A DNA stretch of 10,226 nt from Candidatus Cloacimonadota bacterium (GCA_029564175.1 JAKQQL010000118.1:1-10226), one strand, 5' to 3'. Numbered from the stretch's first letter, positions 1 to 6,587 are shown. A program made the numbers and translations. The notes: a model not told the origin generated them from the sequence alone.

Positions 1-113
1 ATCCGCCTCCTGGAACAAAGGTAATATGGAAAGGGTTAAAACATCTTAATATAATGAAAAATATGTATATATCCGTTAAAAATGTATTATTGTCTAAAAA
101 ACCGCATGCGTAG
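1..113 (+). CDS. 3' fragment of an IS4-family (IS50/Tn5-like) transposase, not in the ORF track
   Basis: Frame from nt 3 reads PPPGTKVIWKGLKHLNIMKNMYISVKNVLLSKKPHA*, stop TAG at 111-113. PPGxxxxWxGxxxL is the typical C-terminal dimerisation-domain motif of IS50-group transposases. Confidence 0.75.
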   Translation, partial: PPPGTKVIWKGLKHLNIMKNMYISVKNVLLSKKPHA

Positions 114-137
114 AATAAAGTTTTGGGTAAAGGTAAG
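1..137 (+). mobile_element. Right end of an IS4/IS50-group insertion sequence; terminal IR at about 119-137
   Basis: 119-137 reverse-complements to CTTACCTTTACCCAAAACT, 12/19 identical to the Tn5 outside end CTGACTCTTATACACAAGT. It begins 5 nt after the transposase-like stop. Confidence 0.7.
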
Positions 138-172
138 TCCCTTGGAGGGGTGGCACGAAGTGACGGGGTGGT
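138..172. repeat. Truncated GC-rich REP-like palindromic element at the IS junction
   Basis: TCC-CTT-GGA-GGGG-TGG-CAC-GAA-GTG-ACGGGGTGGT: GC-rich island in AT-rich DNA with two mini-hairpins. The CCCC arm that would pair with GGGG (147-150) is absent, exactly where the IS ends. Confidence 0.5.
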
Positions 173-199
173 AAGTTTAATTTTGAATGATGAATGATC

Positions 200-254
200 C
201 GTACTGGGAGCATCTTGCTTGCAGAAAAGCTACAAGCGAGACGCTTGTAGTACG
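200..254. repeat. REPIN-like inverted doublet of REP palindromes
   Basis: 200-223 matches the reverse complement of 231-254 at 18/24 nt, with a 7-nt spacer. The right unit contains a perfect hairpin CTACAAGCG-aga-CGCTTGTAG (230-250). Both units begin CGTACT. Confidence 0.6.
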
Positions 255-259
255 ATTAA

Positions 260-292
260 GGATTTACGGCGCTTCGTTTCGCAAATCCCTAC
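260..292 (-). repeat. GTAG-type REP-like palindrome
   Basis: Minus strand reads GTAG-GGATTTGCG-N11-CGTAAATCC: GTAG tetranucleotide immediately followed by a 9-bp stem with one G.T pair. Confidence 0.55.
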
Positions 293-397
293 GGGTGCTT
301 TTCAATATATCATTTTTTGCACAGCATTTACTACCATTTTTTAAAATAACAACCAGTATCTGAGTAGTTACAAAAAATAGTATTTCTTATATTTTTC

Positions 398-425
398 TTG
401 ACTTTCTCATTTTTTTGTTTAAGAT
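398..425 (+). promoter_or_regulatory. Putative sigma70-type promoter of the DOMON operon
   Basis: TTGACT (398-403) - N16 - TAAGAT (420-425), upstream of SD AGGAGG (433-438) and ATG 443. Confidence 0.5.
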
Positions 426-442
426 TTCATATAGGAGGAAAA

Positions 443-676
443 ATGAAACAAATCAAAATCTTAAAAATTGTGAACATGTTGTTGTTTTTGGACTTTCTAA
501 TTGTTTTAACAAGTGTCCTTTTTTACAAAATAATTCCTGGAAATTTAAACGGCAGTGAGATGATGGCAGAAATGCATGAAACCTCAGGGATGATTTTTGG
601 ACTCTTGGTGCTTGTACATTTGACATTAAACTTTAAATGGGTAAAAATGAACTATTTTACCCCAAAGAAAAAGTAG
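443..676 (+). CDS. DUF4405-like small membrane protein, putative cytochrome b module (77 aa)
   Basis: Start reassigned to ATG 443 behind AGGAGG. Two hydrophobic helices; the second carries H-x13-H followed by LNFKW (HETSGMIFGLLVLVHLTLNFKW), the DUF4405 pattern. Confidence 0.75.
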   Translation: MKQIKILKIVNMLLFLDFLIVLTSVLFYKIIPGNLNGSEMMAEMHETSGMIFGLLVLVHLTLNFKWVKMNYFTPKKK

Positions 677-690
677 AAAGAGGTGAAAAA

Positions 691-1032
691 ATGAAAAAAT
701 TACTGTTAACTCTGTTAGTTATTATGTTGGCAGTTATGCTGTTAAATGCACATCCTGCCAGTGATGTCAAAGTTAGTTTCGACAAAAATACTTCAATCTT
801 AAAAGTGGATTTTACTCATAAAGTGGACAATGAAGCGTCTCATTTTGTTTATGATGTGGAAGTCAAATTGAATAGCAAGAAAGCGATCAAACAGGAATTA
901 CTAAAACAGGAAACAAAAGAGGGTGGATCTGTTTTGTACAAACTGATTGATGCAAAAGCAGGCGATAAGATTCAGGTGATTACAGATTGTAATAAAGGTG
1001 GAAAGAAGTCTGAAACACTCGTAGTCAAATAA
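691..1032 (+). CDS. Exported desulfoferrodoxin/superoxide-reductase-like beta-sandwich metalloprotein (113 aa)
   Basis: Start at ATG 691 behind GAGGTG. Sec signal MKKLLL...LLNA|H. His21, His43, His51 and Cys100 (CNKGG) follow the SOR ligand order H..H..H..CNxHG. Confidence 0.6.
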   Translation: MKKLLLTLLVIMLAVMLLNAHPASDVKVSFDKNTSILKVDFTHKVDNEASHFVYDVEVKLNSKKAIKQELLKQETKEGGSVLYKLIDAKAGDKIQVITDCNKGGKKSETLVVK

Positions 1033-1038
1033 TTTTCT

Positions 1039-1063
1039 GGCAGGGTAAAACCTGCCTTTTTTT
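1039..1063 (+). terminator. Intra-operon intrinsic terminator-like hairpin
   Basis: GGCAGG-gtaaaa-CCTGCC followed by T7 (1057-1063). Confidence 0.7.
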
Positions 1064-1077
1064 ATTTAGGAGATACA

Positions 1078-1841
1078 ATGAAAAAAAAATGCTATTGATG
1101 CTGCTTTATTTAATGGTTTTGGGGTTGTTTGCCTATGAAAATTCAATGCTAAATCTTTACGCTCCGACTCAACTGGATAAAGGTCAGGGACAGTTTCAGA
1201 TCAAACATCGTTTCTATGGAGATATTACTGAAGAACCTCTGGATTCATTTTTTGGCATGTTAAATGGAGTCAATATTGGTATTGATCTCCGATATCAAAT
1301 CTTTCCTAAAGCAGAAATGACTTTCAATTATTCCAAATTTAAAAAAGATACTCAGTTTGGATTATCTTATCTGTTAAATATAGAAGATTTTCCTCTGCAT
1401 GGACAAATCAATATTGATTACCTGACATTTAAAGAACCTTTGATGAATGATGACAGAAGAGGTAATTTTAAATCTGTTCTATCCATACAGAATGAAGCGC
1501 TTTGGGATCGATTTGTTGGTACAATAAATACGGGCTATGACTTATATTATGAGAGACCTCTATTGGGATTTGGTGCGAATGTGATGATTCTAGACAAGGT
1601 ATATTTGATTGGAGAATACTATCCAGTTTTAGATCGATCTACAGATATTGTTCAGTTAAAAAGATACTTAAAGGAATCAGATGTGTTTACTGTCGGATTA
1701 AAATTAGACACCTATGGTCATCATTTTAAATTCCAGGTATCTAATTCAGAACATCTGACTCTTCATCGATTGACGATGGGTGCAGATAGAAAAGCACCTT
1801 TAATGTTTGGCTTTAATATCGAAAGAAGATTAGGATTATAG
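1078..1841 (+). CDS. DUF5777-like outer-membrane beta-barrel; SD-linked start at 1078 is frameshifted at an A9 tract (continuous ORF is 1089-1841)
   Basis: Motifs HRF, FFG, TYGHHF..SN and terminal FGFNIER resemble DUF5777, with amphipathic beta-strands. SD AGGAG (1068-1072) precedes ATG 1078, which is 11 nt from the in-frame ATG 1089. Confidence 0.7.
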
Positions 1842-1849
1842 GAGGATTT

Positions 1850-3400
1850 ATGAAAAATATCATCATTATCATATCGGCTTTACTTGTTATGTTTGGATTA
1901 AGCTCTTGTAATCGGGTTTCTGAAGAGATCATTGGTCCGGGAAATACAGGAGTTGATGATCAGGGGTTTAGCGTTGTTAATACAAATGGCTTTATTTTAA
2001 AGTATAAAGTAGAAGGTTCTGACTTACATTGTAAATTAAGTGCTGCTACAAGTGGTTGGGTGGCTGTTGGTTTTAATCCGAGTGCAATGATGAAAGATGC
2101 CAATTTTATTATTGGTTATGTGAGTAATAATACTGCCAATATCCGAGATGATTTTGGTGTCAGTAATACAGAACACAATGCCGATATTGCAATTGGAGGG
2201 ACATCTAATGTGACATTGATAGAAGGCTCTGAGATTAATGGAATCACTTTACTTGATTTTAAAATTCCAATGAATTCTGGAGACCCTAAAGACAGCGTTT
2301 TGAATCTCAATCAGTCATATCCAATCATATTTGCAAAAGGATCTGCTGATGATTATACCTCATATCATACAGCAGTTGCTTTTTCTTCAATAACCTTAGG
2401 CACGCCTGACCCAGGAGGAAGTGATTCAACAGGAGTTGTACCCGACACCCTTGGTTATCATCATGTTGATACCGCAGATTATCAGTTTCACTGGAAGATA
2501 GAAAATGATTCTATCAGATGTATTTTATCTGCCAATACAAGTGGTTGGGTGGCTGTTGGCTTTGATCCTGTAATCAGAATGCAGGGTGCAAATTTTATTA
2601 TCGGATATGTGAGTAACAATGTTGTAAGCATAAGAGATGATTATGGCGTATCTCAAACTGCCCATTCCTCAGACATTTCTCTTGGGGGAAGTGAAAATGT
2701 AAGTCAGAAAGCAGGTAATGAAAGTAATGGTGTTACCACGATTAGTTTTACAATGCCTTTAAATTCTGGAGATACTTATGATAAAGCGCTAAATCCATTA
2801 AACACTTATCCGGTGATATTTGCAAAAGGAGATACAGATGATTTCTCATCACTTCATACAGGCACTTCAGTTATCAACTTAAATCTTGCCGGTACTTCTG
2901 TTTCCCAAGGGATAACAACCGGACCAGATATCGCATTAGATAATGACTTGAGCGGTTTTCAAACAGAATCTTTTGATAATGTATCATTTAAATGGAAAGT
3001 CATCGGTGACTCAATACGTGTACATTTAGTGATGCCAACAAGCGGTTGGCTGGCAGTTGGATTTAGACCTACAGAAGAGATGCTCAATTCAAATCTGATT
3101 ATTGGATATGTAAAGGATGGAGTTGCTTATCTAAGAGATGATTTTGGAGATTCTGAAACAACTCATGCATCTGATCTATCACTAGGGGGAGACAACCATG
3201 TTAGAAGAGTTTTTGGAAGGGAAACAGGGAATACAACCGAAATCCATTTTACCATACCGTTGAACTCCGGAGATGCTTTCGATCGAATAATCGTACCCGG
3301 AAACGAGATTAAAATCATATTTGCATATGGACCAAATCAATCAGACAATTTTAACTCAATGCATGCTTATGAGGAAGAAAGAGATATACTGATTAACTGA
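1850..3400 (+). CDS. Lipoprotein with three tandem DOMON domains, putative tri-heme b protein
   Basis: Lipobox LSS-C20. Three repeats of GW(V/L)AVGF-x5-M-x3-N(F/L)IIGYV...RDD(F/Y)G...PxNSGD...H. Met/His pairs M81/H173, M244/H336, M411/H505. SD AGGAGG overlaps the upstream stop codon. Confidence 0.88.
   Translation: MKNIIIIISALLVMFGLSSCNRVSEEIIGPGNTGVDDQGFSVVNTNGFILKYKVEGSDLHCKLSAATSGWVAVGFNPSAMMKDANFIIGYVSNNTANIRDDFGVSNTEHNADIAIGGTSNVTLIEGSEINGITLLDFKIPMNSGDPKDSVLNLNQSYPIIFAKGSADDYTSYHTAVAFSSITLGTPDPGGSDSTGVVPDTLGYHHVDTADYQFHWKIENDSIRCILSANTSGWVAVGFDPVIRMQGANFIIGYVSNNVVSIRDDYGVSQTAHSSDISLGGSENVSQKAGNESNGVTTISFTMPLNSGDTYDKALNPLNTYPVIFAKGDTDDFSSLHTGTSVINLNLAGTSVSQGITTGPDIALDNDLSGFQTESFDNVSFKWKVIGDSIRVHLVMPTSGWLAVGFRPTEEMLNSNLIIGYVKDGVAYLRDDFGDSETTHASDLSLGGDNHVRRVFGRETGNTTEIHFTIPLNSGDAFDRIIVPGNEIKIIFAYGPNQSDNFNSMHAYEEERDILIN
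1967..3397 (+). repeat. Intragenic triplication of the DOMON unit (about 1967-2398, 2456-2887, 2957-3397)
   Basis: Identical 24-mer TACAAGTGGTTGGGTGGCTGTTGG at 2047-2070 and 2536-2559 (489 nt = 163 codons apart). Clear protein-level repeats throughout. Confidence 0.85.
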
Positions 3401-3410
3401 CACGATATTG

Positions 3411-3447
3411 ACACACAGGAGATAGAGAATCTCCTGTGTGTTTTCTT
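3411..3447. terminator. Hairpin/terminator between the convergent DOMON genes
   Basis: Perfect 13-bp stem ACACACAGGAGAT (3411-3423) / ATCTCCTGTGTGT (3429-3441), followed by TTTCTT on the + strand. Confidence 0.8.
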
Positions 3448-3458
3448 GAAACGATCTT

Positions 3459-4607
3459 TTATTTAAGTAGGATTATTTTTTTTCCAAAACTGTTATAGGA
3501 TGATTTCATAATCAGCATATAAATCCCTGATGACACCCTATTCCCTTTCAGGTCTTTGCCATCCCAATACAAATCATGGTATTCACCCTTTGCTTTAAAT
3601 CCTTTAAAAAGAGTATTTATCAGATGTCCTTTTTGATCAAATACTGTTAATTCAATTTGTCCATCCATCGGTATTTCATAAGCGATTCTGGTATATGGAT
3701 TGAAGGGATTTGGATAATTGCTGACTTTGAATCTGTTAATGTTTACTTCGACATTATCATTGCTTAAAACTTGAAGAGAAAATACTTGCGAAAGATGCAA
3801 ACTATTATCTGCTTCAATTCCTTCTATCCAATAATAAGTGATTTGGTTGGGATTGTCCCCTAAGTGTGTAAAGGAGTAAAATGCATTTGTCGTGTTTTGT
3901 GCTGGAATCGGATTTTGATTTATAATGCTTGCCTGATTAAAATCAGGGCTGTCAGAACGATAAATTCGATAAGAAATCATATTGGTTTCATTATGGGTTT
4001 GCCATTCTATTAATGTAAGCATTGTATCATTCCAAACAGCCTGAGTATTTACATATTCTAAAGCTGTTGGTATTTCCTGAATCATTATCTGACCACTGCT
4101 TACAGTAGTATGCATTGACGTAAAATTATCAGAATTGTTTGCTCCTTTGGCAAGAATAACCGGAATGTTTTGACCTGGTGTTAAAACTTTATCATACTGA
4201 TCTCCACTGTTTAGTGGTATTTGAAATTGAACCCTAGTGATGCCATTTTCTTCTGTTCCATTGGATTGTAAAATATTGTTTGTACCGCCTAAACTTAAAT
4301 CTGAATTATGAGATGTTTGGCTGACACCAAAATCATCTCGTATGTTTAAAACCCCATTAGAAACGTAAGCAATAATGATATTTGCATTTGCCATAGCGCT
4401 TGTTGCTCCAAATCCAACTGCTATCCAACCAGTGGTTTGAGCACTGATGATGACTTCTAAATTTGCAGTAGTGGTGGTTCTCCACTGTAAATTAAATCCA
4501 TTTTGGCTTAACGTCTGATAAACATAATCTCTTTCTGGAAGCTCCTGTGATGATAATATGTTTATTAACATGATGATTATCATGAGTAAAAATACATGCT
4601 TTTTCAT
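3459..4607 (-). CDS. Secreted DOMON-domain protein with an Ig/FN3-like spacer and a T9SS type A / FlgD-Ig-like C-terminal domain (382 aa)
   Basis: Start reassigned to 4607 (MKKHVFLL, SD AGGAGGA at 4611-4617). Signal peptide. DOMON GWIAVGFGATSAM with M72/H166. C-terminus NYPNPFNP...WDGKD..G..VSSGIY...KKIILLK. Confidence 0.88.
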   Translation of the reverse strand: MKKHVFLLMIIIMLINILSSQELPERDYVYQTLSQNGFNLQWRTTTTANLEVIISAQTTGWIAVGFGATSAMANANIIIAYVSNGVLNIRDDFGVSQTSHNSDLSLGGTNNILQSNGTEENGITRVQFQIPLNSGDQYDKVLTPGQNIPVILAKGANNSDNFTSMHTTVSSGQIMIQEIPTALEYVNTQAVWNDTMLTLIEWQTHNETNMISYRIYRSDSPDFNQASIINQNPIPAQNTTNAFYSFTHLGDNPNQITYYWIEGIEADNSLHLSQVFSLQVLSNDNVEVNINRFKVSNYPNPFNPYTRIAYEIPMDGQIELTVFDQKGHLINTLFKGFKAKGEYHDLYWDGKDLKGNRVSSGIYMLIMKSSYNSFGKKIILLK

Positions 4608-4630
4608 AATTCCTCCTATTTTTATAGGAT

Positions 4631-4658
4631 ATAGTACAATACTTACAGAGAAAAGCAA
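4631..4658 (-). promoter_or_regulatory. Possible sigma70-type promoter for the secreted DOMON gene
   Basis: Minus strand TTGCTT (4658-4653) - N16 - TACTAT (4636-4631), just upstream of the SD. Confidence 0.35.
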
Positions 4659-4797
4659 ATTATAAAAAACAAAAGTGAATCTTATTCATGAAAATGCTCG
4701 CTAACAGATAAAACCATGACTGCCTAATTATTTGATAAAAAAACTTGCAAGAAAGAGGGTTTATAATAAATAGTCTTATTTGAAAGAGAGCAGACCT

Positions 4798-5487
4798 ATG
4801 AAAGTGGTTATAATCAATGATCAGAAAGATGTGATTTATCGCATTACAGATAAAGAGGGCGTAAGTGATGAGCTTCTCCAATCAATGTTTTATCAGTTGA
4901 ATGGGGATTTTTATGAGAAGCGATTACCACTTGAGGCGATGATGTTTGATCATCCTTTTTCGGAAATTGAACCAAGATACAATCATTTTATCAATCGAGA
5001 ATTGATTCAACGATACAATCAGAAAACTCTGGAGGATGCGCTTTTATTGATTTGTCAATTCCACAAGGCTAATCAAATTGACTGGTGGCTTGCAGGGAGT
5101 GCTGCACTTTATATCAGAGGCATTGATGTACAACCTCATGATCTGGACATTATGACATATTTCTCCGAAATTGAAAAAATCAGAAAATCATTTTTGCCGT
5201 ATATTGTCGAGCCGTTTCATCGTGTGAAATCATGGGTAGTTAAAGGTTTTGGAGTAATAGATACCGGCATAAGAACAGATTATGCATTTGAGCCGGAAGC
5301 TTTTGTTGATAATGAGGGTTATGTTGATTTTGGTCCTTATGCAGAAAGCCATTTGGAAATTGTGAACTGGAAGGGCTATGACATATTCGTTCCACCTGTA
5401 GAATTGCATTTGAAGTCTAATCTCATCAGGAATAGGATTGAAACCGTTGAAAAAATCAAAAAATATAAAGGAGATTTAAATGATTAA
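4798..5487 (+). CDS. Pol-beta superfamily nucleotidyltransferase-domain protein
   Basis: WWLAGSAALYIRGIDVQPHDLDI = hGS...DhD signature. ATG 4798 preferred over TTG 4780, but the start is uncertain. Confidence 0.7.
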   Translation: MKVVIINDQKDVIYRITDKEGVSDELLQSMFYQLNGDFYEKRLPLEAMMFDHPFSEIEPRYNHFINRELIQRYNQKTLEDALLLICQFHKANQIDWWLAGSAALYIRGIDVQPHDLDIMTYFSEIEKIRKSFLPYIVEPFHRVKSWVVKGFGVIDTGIRTDYAFEPEAFVDNEGYVDFGPYAESHLEIVNWKGYDIFVPPVELHLKSNLIRNRIETVEKIKKYKGDLND

Positions 5488-6031
5488 CCGAGAACAAGCG
5501 ATGCTGTTGTTAAAAGAACATTTAAAAAATATTAATTTGCAAAATCATTGTCTTGCAGTAGCGACTGTAATGGAAGCGTTAGCGCTTCGAATGAATGAAG
5601 ATGTTGAGAAATGGTATCTGGCAGGTCTGTTGCATGATATTGATTATGATATGACTTTTGAAACACCTGAGAAGCATGCGCTGATAGCCATGGATATTTT
5701 AAAAGATATAGATGTTTCAGATGATATCTGTCAGGCGATTCGCTCCCATAGTGGTAATTTCCCACTTGAAAGCTTAATGGATAAAGCACTCTGGTGTGCA
5801 GATCCTGTTACCGGTTTGATACTGGCATCTGCACTGATGACACCTGAAAAGAAAATCTCTGCGATTAAACAGTCTTCATTGATGAAAAAATACAAATCAA
5901 AAGGCTTTGCAGCAGGTGCTAACCGGGAACAGATTGCATCTTCAGAAAACATTGGAATCACTTTGGCTGATTTTTTAGCTTTGGCAACAGAAGCAATGAT
6001 AAAAATCGAAGGACTGATTATCGGTACATAG
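5480..6031 (+). CDS. HD/HDIG-domain metal-dependent phosphohydrolase (COG2316-like)
   Basis: HCLAV...M, GLLHDIDY, H, SH and AD motifs, plus FAAGANRE. SD AAGGAG. Overlaps the upstream gene by 8 nt (ATGATTAA). Confidence 0.85.
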   Translation: MINREQAMLLLKEHLKNINLQNHCLAVATVMEALALRMNEDVEKWYLAGLLHDIDYDMTFETPEKHALIAMDILKDIDVSDDICQAIRSHSGNFPLESLMDKALWCADPVTGLILASALMTPEKKISAIKQSSLMKKYKSKGFAAGANREQIASSENIGITLADFLALATEAMIKIEGLIIGT

Positions 6032-6587
6032 AGTAGCAATCACAATCTACCAGATGATCATTTACCATTCCTACAGATTGCATGAAAGCATAGCAAATGG
6101 TTGATCCTACAAATTTAAATCCTTTTTTCTTTAATGCTTTACTCATTGCATCGCTGACAGGGCTTGTTGCAGGAATTTCATTCATTACTTTCCAATGATT
6201 GATAATGGGCTGGTGATTCACAAAAGACCAGATATAATCTTTAAAACTGCCTGTTTCTTCTAAAATTTTCAGGTAGATACCGGCATTATGAATCATTGCA
6301 TCAATTTTTCGACGATTTCGGATAATACCTGAATTATTCATCAATTCTTGAATCTTTATTTCATCATATTTCACTATCTTTTGAGGATCAAATCCATCAA
6401 ATGCCAGTCGATAGTTTTCTCTTTTTCTTAATACGGTAATCCAGCTCAGTCCTGCCTGAGCTGCTTCAAGACAAAGTTTTTCAAACAAAAGCCGATCATC
6501 CAGTAAAGGCTTTCCCCATTCAGTGTCGTGATAATGACGATATAATTCATCTGAACCGCACCAGGTACAGCGTTTAGTTATTTGCAT
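6018..6587 (-). CDS. tag: DNA-3-methyladenine glycosylase I
   Basis: RCTW, YHDTEWG, LFEKLCLEAAQAGLSWITVLRKRENY, GFKFVGSTICYAFMQSVGMVNDHLVDC (Zn ligands intact). SD GGAGG. Confidence 0.96.
   Translation of the reverse strand: MQITKRCTWCGSDELYRHYHDTEWGKPLLDDRLLFEKLCLEAAQAGLSWITVLRKRENYRLAFDGFDPQKIVKYDEIKIQELMNNSGIIRNRRKIDAMIHNAGIYLKILEETGSFKDYIWSFVNHQPIINHWKVMNEIPATSPVSDAMSKALKKKGFKFVGSTICYAFMQSVGMVNDHLVDCDCYSMYR

Noticed and set aside
138..292. CRISPR array, attC site or tRNA
   Set aside because: No repeated direct units with spacers, no clear attC R-box pair, and no cloverleaf.
398..690. Longest-ORF starts at 398 and 637 (likewise 4658, 8192, 9048)
   Set aside because: In each case a downstream ATG has a well-spaced SD and gives a clean signal peptide or N-terminus.
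2116..2310. 64-aa minus-strand ORF
   Set aside because: Antisense shadow inside the well-supported tri-DOMON gene; no motifs.
3398..3441. TGA followed 10 nt later by a hairpin, resembling a SECIS
   Set aside because: The DOMON domain is complete at the stop, readthrough gives a short uninformative peptide, and the perfect stem plus T-run between convergent genes fits a terminator.
4745..4767. TTGCAA and TATAAT upstream of the NTase
   Set aside because: The spacer is only 11 nt, so they cannot form one sigma70 promoter.
4660..4881. 73-aa minus-strand hydrophobic ORF
   Set aside because: Overlaps the NTase start antisense and runs through an AT-rich divergent promoter region; no SD or family motif.
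6018..6031. 14-nt convergent overlap of HD hydrolase and tag
   Set aside because: Short 3' overlaps are common and both proteins look complete.
5532..6039. Two minus-strand ORFs (5532-5789, 5731-6039)
   Set aside because: Antisense shadows of the HD hydrolase.
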